IMG/VR virus record: IMGVR_UViG_3300028859_000013
Location: 47,324 to 111,323 of that record
Direction: 5' to 3' (one strand)
Source: a virus
DNA length: 64,000 bases
Every line of letters starts with the position of its first letter. Positions within the stretch are counted from its first letter, which is position 1. Shown here in pieces: positions 39,011 through 48,166 of this stretch. Below the pieces are notes generated by a model, which worked only from the letters and a program-made list of their open reading frames with translations, did not search any database and was not told where the DNA came from. A program made the translations under genes and the position numbers.

Positions 39011-39268
39011 TTAATTTTCAAATTTAACTATTTTATAATCTTTCAAATTTATATTATCAGTAGATGGATTTTTATAATTCATAGAAAATTGCGGATGCAC
39101 ATTTATCCTGTATGCAATTTCAGCTTCATCTTTAGTTTTAACGAACCATAATGGTGAATATATACATGTAGTGAAAAAATATTCCTGTCCAAATTCAGAA
39201 TCACCATTTTTTAAATCACATCTGATAATTTCGTTAGTTTCTTTGTTTATAAATGTCCAAGCTTCCAT
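39011..39268 (-). CDS. hypothetical protein
   Basis: 85 aa ORF. Confidence 0.65.
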   Translation of the reverse strand: MEAWTFINKETNEIIRCDLKNGDSEFGQEYFFTTCIYSPLWFVKTKDEAEIAYRINVHPQFSMNYKNPSTDNINLKDYKIVKFEN

Positions 39269-39911
39269 ATATTTCTATTATTTTTTTTTCTAATTCTTCA
39301 TCAAATATCAAATCATCAAATTTAAATTTTAATACGTTTGAATTATAATTTTTTAAATTATCTAAATATGTTTTAATTTTATTATCTGATTGATTTTTAA
39401 GAATAACTCCAGTAATATCATTTGATGTGAACGCGTATAATTTTTCAGTTGTAACTAATCCATTCCAAATATGTATAGCATCCTTTGAACTGTATTTATT
39501 TGTAGTTATAAATCCTACTTTATCTATTACAAATAAATATAATTTATATCCTAAACTAATACCTCTCAATAAATCTGGAATTCCTTTTTTAAAATCTATT
39601 AAATTTAGATTATTTATATCATAAGAAAATTCAAATTGTAAATCTGTTGATATTTTAGTTTCTAAATCTTTATTAATTTTATTAATTTTATCAATAAATA
39701 TATTATCTGGTGTTATACAAAAATCATAAGATTTATCATTATAGTTAAAGTTGGATATATCATATTCAATCAATTCAATTAATGATAATCTATAATTTTC
39801 AGCATCTTCTACATAATCACTTAATCTTCTTTTTAAATATGTTCTTTCAGTTTTTTTTAAATCAGCTAACACATTTTTAGTGAAAGCTTCAAATTGTTTT
39901 ATATAACTCAT
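39234..39911 (-). CDS. GNAT-like protein with CTS-like N-terminus
   Basis: MSYIKQFEAF; LRGISLGYKLY..S.DAIHIW. Confidence 0.6.
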   Translation of the reverse strand: MSYIKQFEAFTKNVLADLKKTERTYLKRRLSDYVEDAENYRLSLIELIEYDISNFNYNDKSYDFCITPDNIFIDKINKINKDLETKISTDLQFEFSYDINNLNLIDFKKGIPDLLRGISLGYKLYLFVIDKVGFITTNKYSSKDAIHIWNGLVTTEKLYAFTSNDITGVILKNQSDNKIKTYLDNLKNYNSNVLKFKFDDLIFDEELEKKIIEIYGSLDIYKQRN

Positions 39912-39928
39912 TATTTAATTATTTTATC

Positions 39929-41002
39929 TTATGAATTCCAATAATCATCATCATTTTTTATGTCTACTATTTTAACTTCATTTATAACTTGATTAAATTT
40001 TGGATCCAAATCTACTTGATTTGAAATTAGTTTATCTGCGAATTCTTTAAAAATTTTAAATTTATTATTTGAATCCATATCGGTTAATTTAATAAAAGTT
40101 TTAGGATCATAATTTAAAATCAATAATTCTGTACCTTTTGTATCTTTTGTTTCAGAAAAACTTGCAGATGAACGAAAGAAATCTTTTTGTAACCAAATAT
40201 ATTCATCTTTAGGTAAATATTTGGATAATTCTGGAAAATCGTAGTAAGATAATGCCCAACGGGATTTTGTTGTTTTTAAAAGTTCTAATAGTCTAATATG
40301 AGTTTTTTGATTGAAACTATCTTTTACTCCATACCATGAGGCTCTTTTTCCAGTGTCATTGCCATCTTCATCATTACTGAAGTATGGTGGATCTAAATAA
40401 AAAAATGTATCTTTTGAATCATACATATTTATCAATTCTTCAAAATCTAAGCTATGAACGTTTGTTATTTTAGATAATTTATTTTGATATTCTTTTTTCT
40501 TTAATTTATTTATTAATGCATATAATTTAATTTTATTAGTGCCACCTATACCACTATATCCCCCACTTCTAGGGTAAACACCGTTAAACGTTGAAGTTAA
40601 TAAAAATGCATATTTTACTCCAGCATCAAAATCTGGTATATTTGTTGGTGGATTATCTAAAAAATTAGTTTCACTCTTATCATGTTTATATGAGTAAAAT
40701 ATATCTTTATGAAATTTTTTATATTCTTCTCCAGTTTTATCTGTTTTTAAAAATCCATTATTTATTTCATCCTCTATATGAGATAAAAAAGTTTTGTGCT
40801 CTTTTAAGCATGCAAATAAATTTGCCATATGTTTATTGTAATCATTATAAATTATATTTTCAACGTGCGAATAGTCCAATTTAGGACTAGTATATACCCA
40901 CATAGCGCCACTAAATGGTTCAGAAAATGTTTTTATGTCTTTTGGTATGTAGTTGTATATCCAGCCGGCCATACGGCTTTTTGCCCCGAAATATGAAATC
41001 AT
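39929..41002 (-). CDS. DNA adenine methyltransferase (Dam/D12 class)
   Basis: YFGAK, EPFSG, YNDYN, YLDPPY. Confidence 0.9.
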   Translation of the reverse strand: MISYFGAKSRMAGWIYNYIPKDIKTFSEPFSGAMWVYTSPKLDYSHVENIIYNDYNKHMANLFACLKEHKTFLSHIEDEINNGFLKTDKTGEEYKKFHKDIFYSYKHDKSETNFLDNPPTNIPDFDAGVKYAFLLTSTFNGVYPRSGGYSGIGGTNKIKLYALINKLKKKEYQNKLSKITNVHSLDFEELINMYDSKDTFFYLDPPYFSNDEDGNDTGKRASWYGVKDSFNQKTHIRLLELLKTTKSRWALSYYDFPELSKYLPKDEYIWLQKDFFRSSASFSETKDTKGTELLILNYDPKTFIKLTDMDSNNKFKIFKEFADKLISNQVDLDPKFNQVINEVKIVDIKNDDDYWNS

Positions 41003-41026
41003 TTTTTTGTTATTATTTTTATTTAT

Positions 41027-42031
41027 TTAGTCTAATCTTTTGCCTTTGTTTAAATTTCCTTCATAAAAAACTTCATCAATTATTCTACTTGTTGCCCACA
41101 TAGGGTTTAAATTTGTTAATGCATTTACAATAGATGGTAAGTCAGTTGATTCAAATGTAGCTATACTACGAACATGATCTATGTGCCATTCTCCATAGTT
41201 ATCCCAACTCATACCTATTGTAAATTTGGATTCAATGTTCATTTTAAATTCTTCTGCTGAATAACCTAATATATTTATTGTTTTATCATATTTTGTAGTA
41301 TTAAAATACGAAAATGTTCTTTTTAAAACAGCTCTCCACGCATATCTATATTTATTTTTATTGTAATTCTCATTATATCTTTTTCTACTTCTTTCTTTAT
41401 TTTTCTGTTGGTATTCTTTACGTTTTATTTTATATTTTTCTGATTGTCTTCTTTTATTTGCTTTTTTTAAAATTTCCTCTTTATTTAATTTATAATATTC
41501 TCTTCTTTCTTGTGCTAATCTTTCTTTATCTTTTTCATATTTTTCTTTATCTTTTTCATATTTTTCTTTATTTTTTTCTTTAATTTTTTCTCTAAATTCA
41601 TCATTCAACATATCTTTATGATATTTTAATTTTTGTTTCTCTCTATATTCTTCTTTACTTTGTTTAACTTTTTTTATTTTTGGTTCAAATGTAATAACTA
41701 TTTTTTTACATTTTTTAATTATAGTTAAAATTTTTTTAATATTCTTATCTAATTCAATAATCTTTTTTCTGTTCTTTGAATTAATATCACTTGGTTTAAT
41801 TATTTTTTCTTTTTTCTTTTTTTTATAATAAATCTTTCTATCAATTTTTAATTTTTCTTTATTTTTAATTCTATATTTTTTTGCGTTTATCCTTAATTGT
41901 TCTCTATTTTCTTTTTTATATTTATTTCTACATTCTTTACAAGAATCAGTAAATCCATCCTTACTATACTTATCTTTTGAAAATTCTTCAAGTTCTTTTT
42001 CTTCCCCACATTTTTTACATATTTTTTTCAT
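41027..42031 (-). CDS. HNH homing endonuclease
   Basis: CKKC..CKEC; GMSWDNYGEWHIDHV..NLNPMW; paralog of 13103-13789. Confidence 0.8.
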   Translation of the reverse strand: MKKICKKCGEEKELEEFSKDKYSKDGFTDSCKECRNKYKKENREQLRINAKKYRIKNKEKLKIDRKIYYKKKKKEKIIKPSDINSKNRKKIIELDKNIKKILTIIKKCKKIVITFEPKIKKVKQSKEEYREKQKLKYHKDMLNDEFREKIKEKNKEKYEKDKEKYEKDKERLAQERREYYKLNKEEILKKANKRRQSEKYKIKRKEYQQKNKERSRKRYNENYNKNKYRYAWRAVLKRTFSYFNTTKYDKTINILGYSAEEFKMNIESKFTIGMSWDNYGEWHIDHVRSIATFESTDLPSIVNALTNLNPMWATSRIIDEVFYEGNLNKGKRLD

Positions 42032-42195
42032 TAGTCATAATATTCTTTTTTATCAATAGCTTTATGCTCAATAAGATCTGAATATATTAGATATTCAATA
42101 TATTTTGATATATTGTTGATATTATTGTTCAGATATTCTCTGATATTTTCACTTAAGCACACTGATAATTTTTCTTTTGTCGTTATTTTTTTCAT
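42031..42195 (-). CDS. small ribbon-helix-helix-like protein
   Basis: MKKITTKEKLSVCLSENIREYL..NISKYIEYLI; TAATG-coupled to HNH gene. Confidence 0.6.
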   Translation of the reverse strand: MKKITTKEKLSVCLSENIREYLNNNINNISKYIEYLIYSDLIEHKAIDKKEYYD

Positions 42196-42308
42196 ATATT
42201 ATTTATTCTTTAAGGGTATATATAAATAAAGTAAGGTTATGTTTTGATATTTAATAAATTATTTTAAACAAAAAAATAGATTTTTATTATAAATAATAAA
42301 AATCTATT

Positions 42309-42473
42309 ATGTCATTTGAAAAATTTAAAATAAAATCAAATAAAAAATCTATTGGTATAACATTAGATATAGAAATAAATAAAAATTTAGATAAATATTT
42401 AGAAAAAATTAAAATGAGTAAATCTGAATATATTGAATATTTAATAGAAAAAGATATAAAAAAAGCTGATTAA
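42309..42473 (+). CDS. small ribbon-helix-helix-like protein
   Basis: KKSIGITLDIEINKNLDKY..MSKSEYIEYLIEKD. Confidence 0.65.
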   Translation: MSFEKFKIKSNKKSIGITLDIEINKNLDKYLEKIKMSKSEYIEYLIEKDIKKAD

Positions 42474-42715
42474 ATATCAGCTTTTTTGTTTAATTTTTCA
42501 AGTTTTTTCTTTCTAATTAATATATTAACATATCTTTGATGTTCTTGAGAACCATGTCATTCATTAAATGATAATTTATTATCAAAATCTATGATATAAA
42601 TAGTATCATCATTATCTTCTTCATTATATTGTGAATCACTAAAATATTTTCTGTAAGCTTTAATATCAACTGCAAGTTTTTCCGCATTTTATAAAGGCAT
42701 TCCGTAGTCTATCAT
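42470..42715 (-). pseudogene. RxxKL-tag gene with two internal stops
   Basis: MIDYGMPL*NAEK...FNE*HGS...IRKKKLEKLN. Confidence 0.6.
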
Positions 42716-43173
42716 ATATTAGTTTTCACATCTTCTTTACCCCATTCACTTTCAAATTGAGTTCTCATTTCTTCATATTTTCCGTACATTTCTTTGAATC
42801 TATTAGTATCTTCAATTGAAATAATTTTACAACTAAAAAAACATGGATATCCATTAACACTTCTTGGTCCTGCTTGACTATAGCTTTCATAAAGCATACC
42901 TATTGTTCTTAAATATTCTTCACGTTTGTGAGTATTATTTTTATATTCAGTACATTCATCCAGATAGTTAAGTTTATTTTTTCTATCAATTTTTATTTTT
43001 CCTGTTAAATCAGGAATAGTTGGAGCAGATCCTAAAAATATAAAAGGCATAAAAATCATCATCAAGTCACTTTGGCTACATTGAAGAGATGTGAATATTT
43101 TACAATCAAATACATTTTTAACGAGTTCTTTAAGTTCATCGTTAGTCATTTTATGATGTTCCCAGTTTGTCAT
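42712..43173 (-). CDS. hypothetical protein (internal RxxKL)
   Basis: DRKNKLNYL; AGPRSVNGYPCFFS. Confidence 0.75.
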   Translation of the reverse strand: MTNWEHHKMTNDELKELVKNVFDCKIFTSLQCSQSDLMMIFMPFIFLGSAPTIPDLTGKIKIDRKNKLNYLDECTEYKNNTHKREEYLRTIGMLYESYSQAGPRSVNGYPCFFSCKIISIEDTNRFKEMYGKYEEMRTQFESEWGKEDVKTNI

Positions 43174-43478
43174 TATTTTCTTATTATGTTATTTTTTACG
43201 TTAAGAATAGAATTATTATCAACTGTCCAATATTCATCATTAGAGTCAGAATTTCTAATATGTAAATATTCTAAGCCAGATGTGTACAATTCTTTATTTG
43301 TTTCTGAATTGAATCCTGATAATACAGCTGAATTTGAACCAGCATCAAGAGATTCTTCACAAGCTTCTTGCATAGCATCTAAAATCAAATCTACATTACA
43401 GTCATTGATAACATCATTTTTCAATATGATTGAATTTAGATGTTTTTCAAGAATTGTTCTTAAATTAATTTTTTCCAT
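43173..43478 (-). CDS. hypothetical protein
   Basis: 101 aa, operon context. Confidence 0.65.
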   Translation of the reverse strand: MEKINLRTILEKHLNSIILKNDVINDCNVDLILDAMQEACEESLDAGSNSAVLSGFNSETNKELYTSGLEYLHIRNSDSNDEYWTVDNNSILNVKNNIIRK

Positions 43479-43496
43479 TTTTAGTTTTTTTAATGA

Positions 43497-43730
43497 TTAA
43501 AATAAATTTTCTGGATCTTCTTTTTTTAACATATTTAATTTTCTATACCTTATCTCTTGCTCAAAATTATATAAATATTCATCTATTCTTTCTTTACCAT
43601 ACATAGTTTTAAAAGATGTTTCTCTTTTTTTCATTTGTGATAATGCGTTACATAAATGATTATTTTTCATATTTATTATTTTTCTAGATATACCATTTGC
43701 TGTAATCCATTCTAAATTTTTATCTCTCAT
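43497..43730 (-). CDS. hypothetical protein with RxxKL tag
   Basis: EIRYRKLNML. Confidence 0.65.
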   Translation of the reverse strand: MRDKNLEWITANGISRKIINMKNNHLCNALSQMKKRETSFKTMYGKERIDEYLYNFEQEIRYRKLNMLKKEDPENLF

Positions 43731-43983
43731 TATAAACCACTGATATATTTTTAAGTTTTTCTAAAACTTCTTTTTCATCTTTAAATTTTTCTATCCAATC
43801 ATTCAAATCACAATTATTATATACTATGCTACATGTAGCTGTCATCTCAATTTGATCAATAAATACTTCTTTATAATATTTATCATTTTTTTGTGTATTA
43901 TCAGAAAAATAATTGTTATATGTTCTATCTATTATTTCTTTATTTTCTGAGTCTTGATATTCTTTTATTCTATCTTTTTTCAT
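43720..43983 (-). CDS. hypothetical protein
   Basis: 87 aa, overlapping operon. Confidence 0.6.
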   Translation of the reverse strand: MKKDRIKEYQDSENKEIIDRTYNNYFSDNTQKNDKYYKEVFIDQIEMTATCSIVYNNCDLNDWIEKFKDEKEVLEKLKNISVVYNER

Positions 43984-44182
43984 ATGCTTTCAATTTTTCT
44001 AATTTTTCTTTTCTTTTCATTTCTATATAATTACACGTGAATGAATTTCTATTATTAACATATTTAAGATTTGAGCAAAATTCACAATCATGGGTACAAT
44101 AGAGGCTACTAATTTTGACTCCTTTCAAATGATGGCAATCATTTAATGTACCAAATGTATAAACATCATAATATTCTTTCAT
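43970..44182 (-). CDS. Cys-rich protein with RxxKL tag
   Basis: C..C..CEFC..C; KRKEKLEKL. Confidence 0.65.
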   Translation of the reverse strand: MKEYYDVYTFGTLNDCHHLKGVKISSLYCTHDCEFCSNLKYVNNRNSFTCNYIEMKRKEKLEKLKAYEKR

Positions 44183-44547
44183 TTTAATATTTTATATTTA
44201 AGTCTATTAAGTCTTTTGATTTTTCTTTTTCTAGCATCTTTTAATGTATATTTATAGGATGATTTATAAAAAAATATTACAATAATATAGTCAGTAAATT
44301 CTTTAGCAATTATTCTAAATACAAGAAAAAATAAAAAAGTTCTAAAAATATTAAATAATGTAAATGTTTCTCCTATATAACTAATACATATAATACCTAA
44401 AAATATAATCAAAGGTAATATAATATATAATCTACTTCTAATGTGATCTTTTTTACTATTTCTTACTTTACAATTATTGATAATTTTTTTATCAACAGTA
44501 AAAACATAAGTATAAAATGATTTAATAAATATTTTTAGAATATTCAT
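44179..44547 (-). CDS. two-TM membrane protein with RxxKL tag
   Basis: ARKRKIKRL. Confidence 0.65.
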   Translation of the reverse strand: MNILKIFIKSFYTYVFTVDKKIINNCKVRNSKKDHIRSRLYIILPLIIFLGIICISYIGETFTLFNIFRTFLFFLVFRIIAKEFTDYIIVIFFYKSSYKYTLKDARKRKIKRLNRLKYKILK

Positions 44548-44553
44548 ATTTAA

Positions 44554-44772
44554 TTAGATATGAATTTTATTATTTTTTATCAAATTATAAATAATTTCAT
44601 TCATATTTAGAATTAAATATTCTTGAACTTCATTTTTAATATATTCTATTCTATCTACATCTGATGAAGAATTCCAATCTTCTAACTCTGGACTAGTTTT
44701 TATTTTAAACTTATCAATTTCTACTGTAATAGTTAGTTCTTTTTTCATAATTATTTTTAATATTTGTAGCAA
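44554..44772 (-). CDS. hypothetical protein
   Basis: 72 aa ORF. Confidence 0.55.
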   Translation of the reverse strand: MLQILKIIMKKELTITVEIDKFKIKTSPELEDWNSSSDVDRIEYIKNEVQEYLILNMNEIIYNLIKNNKIHI

Positions 44773-45167
44773 AAAGGAGGATTTAATCCTTGATTTTCAT
44801 ATTCTTTCTCTTTTACCAAATCTTTCAATATAGATTGGCATTCAGCTTTTCCTTCCCTTAGAGATGATTTATACCATATTACAAGCTCATTTTCAGGTGG
44901 ATAATGTTCTTTATCCATACTGGATTCTTTCAACAATTCTTTATACGATGATACCATATCTTCAAAACTACGTATAATTTTAGATAGGGAGTACTCTACT
45001 ACAATTTTTTCTTCTAATATTGTTATGTCATCTACATCGAAATAAAACCGAGTTGTTTCTATCATATCCTTTTTATTTGCCATTATTCTTATATTTTTAA
45101 TATTCAACAAAGATAATTCATTATTTTTGAATAAAAAATTAATATCATTAAAAAATATGTTAATCAT
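44757..45167 (-). CDS. hypothetical protein
   Basis: true start probably at the internal MANKKD. Confidence 0.6.
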   Translation of the reverse strand: MINIFFNDINFLFKNNELSLLNIKNIRIMANKKDMIETTRFYFDVDDITILEEKIVVEYSLSKIIRSFEDMVSSYKELLKESSMDKEHYPPENELVIWYKSSLREGKAECQSILKDLVKEKEYENQGLNPPFCYKY

Positions 45168-45307
45168 TATTAATTTGTATTATATTTCTGTTTTTTGCTG
45201 ATTTTATGACATATTATTATTACCTTTGTATATTAAAATAAATTATTGAATTATGGTTTCAATAATAACATTTTTAATATATCCGCACAATTCAGGAAAA
45301 AGTATAT

Positions 45308-45541
45308 ATAAAAAAAGTTGTTTGCATTAAAATTCCAAACATTAATAATATTGATCATTTTAATTTAAATGAAAAATATGATTATTGGTCATCGTCTCAT
45401 TTTGATAATTATTTTATTGTCATTAATAAAAAATATTTTATGTTCTCATTTGAAGAGCATGAATTTAAAAAATGTTTTATGAATGAAAGAAAATTCAAAT
45501 TATTAAATATTAAAAAATTATTAAATGAAAAAAGTTGTTAA
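45308..45541 (+). pseudogene. first of three tandem paralogs, ATA in place of ATG
   Basis: (I)KKVVCIK...EFKKCFMNERKFKLLNI. Confidence 0.55.
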
Positions 45542-45758
45542 TATTAAAAATATAGATATAAAGTTTATTGAATCAGATTATTATACTTTGTATGTTAGTT
45601 ATAACTATTATTACTCAAATAATTTAAAGAGTTATGTTGTATCAGATAACTATGATGCTAGTTGTGTGTTTGGTGTTATGGAATTTAAAAAATATTTTAT
45701 GAATGAAAGAAAATTTAAATTATTAAATATTGAAAAAATAGAAAATATAAATGAATAA
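45525..45758 (+). CDS. small paralog with RxxKL tag
   Basis: MKKVVNIK...EFKKYFMNERKFKLLNI. Confidence 0.7.
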   Translation: MKKVVNIKNIDIKFIESDYYTLYVSYNYYYSNNLKSYVVSDNYDASCVFGVMEFKKYFMNERKFKLLNIEKIENINE

Positions 45759-45951
45759 AGTAATATGTATACAACAAAATCATGATAATTTTAGTTATGG
45801 ATTTAAAATTAATAATATTTATGATTATTTTAAAACTGATGAACAATATTTTGTTATTAAAAATAATGTAAGATATGGATATGATAAAATACATTTTGAT
45901 AAACAATTTATTGATGAAAGGAAATTAAAAATTATCAAACTAAGTAAATAA
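45751..45951 (+). CDS. small paralog with RxxKL tag
   Basis: MNKVICI...FDKQFIDERKLKIIKL. Confidence 0.7.
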   Translation: MNKVICIQQNHDNFSYGFKINNIYDYFKTDEQYFVIKNNVRYGYDKIHFDKQFIDERKLKIIKLSK

Positions 45952-45981
45952 AAATAATATATAATAAAAATAAATTTATAG

Positions 45982-46470
45982 ATGACGAATATAGATTATA
46001 TAAAAACTAAATTTTATGATGATATAACCATTAATAAACAGTTAAATATTTGGAGATTAGAAAATAAAAAAATTGTATTTACAAATGGTTGTTTTGATAT
46101 TTTGCATAAAGGACATGTAGAATATTTATCAAAATCAAAAGATTTAGGAGATATTTTGATTGTTGGATTAAATTCTGATAATTCAGTGAAGAGATTAAAA
46201 GGAGAAACAAGGCCAATAAATAATCAAAATTCAAGAGCATTCATTTTATCTGCATTGCTATTTGTAGATGCAGTAATATATTTTGATGAAGATACTCCAT
46301 TAAATCTAATTGAAAACATAAAACCTGATGTATTAGTAAAAGGAGGTGATTATAAAAAAGAAGACATTGTTGGTTATGATTTTGTAATAGAAAGAGGTGG
46401 TGAAGTTAAAATAATTGATTTAGTAAAAGGTTATTCAACAACTAATATAATAAAAAAAAGCAGAATTTAA
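45982..46470 (+). CDS. rfaE2: D-glycero-beta-D-manno-heptose 1-phosphate adenylyltransferase (RfaE domain II)
   Basis: VFTNGCFDILHKGH, VGLNSD.SVKRLKG, KPDVLVKGGDY, GYSTT. Confidence 0.9.
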   Translation: MTNIDYIKTKFYDDITINKQLNIWRLENKKIVFTNGCFDILHKGHVEYLSKSKDLGDILIVGLNSDNSVKRLKGETRPINNQNSRAFILSALLFVDAVIYFDEDTPLNLIENIKPDVLVKGGDYKKEDIVGYDFVIERGGEVKIIDLVKGYSTTNIIKKSRI

Positions 46471-46489
46471 AATTCTGCTTTTTTATTTT

Positions 46490-47006
46490 TTATACAGTTG
46501 GAACAACTGTGGTTTGTTGTGTAGTAGTTGTTGGCTGAACTGTTGTAGTTTCGGTTGTTGATACAGGATTTTCAACACCATCATCATAAATTATAAGACA
46601 AGGTACCTTTGAAGAAATATTGATCATCCATGCTATTTCTTTCATTCTAACAAATGGATGATCAATATTTTTTATAGTGTCACGTAATGAATCTAAATTG
46701 TTTTTATTTACATAAACATGAATTCCACCTGATCTATTTTTACCATCCCAACCAATATCAAAATTCGTAGTAATAAGTGCTAATTTATCTGTTGATTCTA
46801 ATATTTTATTCAAATTTGGATTTTGATCATTTCCACTCATATCCACATTAACCTTAAATCCAGATTTATTTAAAGCAGGATGAATAGCATTAATGATATT
46901 TGTTGCTATGGTTTTATTTTGTTCTTGTGATTGATAAGCCTTCTTTAGTACCGCCATGTATTGAGGTTTCATTTACAAAACCAATAAAATCTTTTAATTT
47001 TTTCAT
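46490..47006 (-). pseudogene. CTS-like gene, N-terminus out of frame with body
   Basis: MKKLKDFIGFVNETSIHGG.. from 47006 stops after 30 aa; body is ORF 46490-46972 in another frame. Confidence 0.55.
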
Positions 47007-47032
47007 TTTTTTTCATTTTTTTTAATTATATA

Positions 47033-47338
47033 TTAATAATAAACTTTTATTTTTTTAGATCCATTTTCAAAATTTTTATTCCAAACAATTCTTGTTTTAT
47101 TATCTTGAAAATCATCAAATTCAGTCCATGCAGTTTTATGCGTACCTTCATTATAACCATTCAAAGTAGATTTAATATAACCCCTTGCTTTTATTTCTAA
47201 TTTTTTATCCTCAGATTTAACTATCTTAAAATATGTTATTAGAGTAGTTGGGTTATCCTTTATATCTCTAATAATTATTTTATAATCTACATTTACATAT
47301 TTTCCTGTTCCTTCTAAAAATTCTTTGAAATTTTTCAT
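47033..47338 (-). CDS. CTS-like protein
   Basis: start moved to MKNFKEFLE. Confidence 0.7.
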   Translation of the reverse strand: MKNFKEFLEGTGKYVNVDYKIIIRDIKDNPTTLITYFKIVKSEDKKLEIKARGYIKSTLNGYNEGTHKTAWTEFDDFQDNKTRIVWNKNFENGSKKIKVYY

Positions 47339-47397
47339 ATGATATATATAAAAATAAAAACTTTGAATTTTCATTCAAAGTTTTTATTTAATAATTA

Positions 47398-47838
47398 TTA
47401 AATTAGTTTTCTTTTCATTATTGCTGCAATTTCACCATAATTTTCACTATCAGTTCCAGATAACCATTCTAATTTATGCTCAATTATAACATTACTACCT
47501 AATTTACTCCTCCACATATCACCAAATTGTTTGCACGCATGTGTTACAAAATTATTATTAGAGTATATTGCAATTTTTTCATAATCCAATTCATATGAAT
47601 CATTTTCACATATTTTATAATTATATGTAGAATAGAACTCTATATAATTTTTTACTGTTGCATATCTATCATTAGGATTATGCCATAATTTACAATTAGC
47701 TCCGCTCCATTCATTATAAACATCTATAGCAAAAGAAAAACAATTAAAATCATCTAAATTTTTATTAGTATTAATTATTTTCCATTTATTATTTTTTAAT
47801 TTTGGATGCCAATATTCTATCTCTTTATAAATATCCAT
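47398..47838 (-). CDS. putative papain-fold (Cys-His) protein
   Basis: FNCFSFA..THA..WRSKLG. Confidence 0.55.
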   Translation of the reverse strand: MDIYKEIEYWHPKLKNNKWKIINTNKNLDDFNCFSFAIDVYNEWSGANCKLWHNPNDRYATVKNYIEFYSTYNYKICENDSYELDYEKIAIYSNNNFVTHACKQFGDMWRSKLGSNVIIEHKLEWLSGTDSENYGEIAAIMKRKLI

Positions 47839-48139
47839 TTTCTGATGCCCATTTTTTCCAAATATTTTTCATTTCAGATGTTGTTAGAGAATATTCTTCA
47901 TATAGTTCAATATTGGTTATTTTTTCTAATGCTTTTAACCATATTATCGAAAAATTTTCAAATATATATGGAATAGAATTATATCCTTGCATTATTATTT
48001 TTTGATAATTTTCATTTTCATAAATAGCATTTAAATCTGATTTATTTCCACATTCATATTTAACCTTTTCTATTAATTCTTTAATATTAGAATTCTCATT
48101 ATATTTTAAAAATTCATTATATTTTTCGATATTTTTCAT
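47825..48139 (-). CDS. helical partner protein with CTS-like N-terminus
   Basis: MKNIEKYNEFL; YQKII.QG..IPYI..WLKALEKIT. Confidence 0.6.
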   Translation of the reverse strand: MKNIEKYNEFLKYNENSNIKELIEKVKYECGNKSDLNAIYENENYQKIIMQGYNSIPYIFENFSIIWLKALEKITNIELYEEYSLTTSEMKNIWKKWASENGYL

Positions 48140-48166
48140 GTCATTTTTATTTTTATATATAATATT

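Noticed and set aside
11754-42715. Stop-codon reassignment suggested by in-frame TAA/TGA
   Set aside because: TAA, TAG and TGA all terminate intact genes, and long core ORFs are uninterrupted in the standard code.
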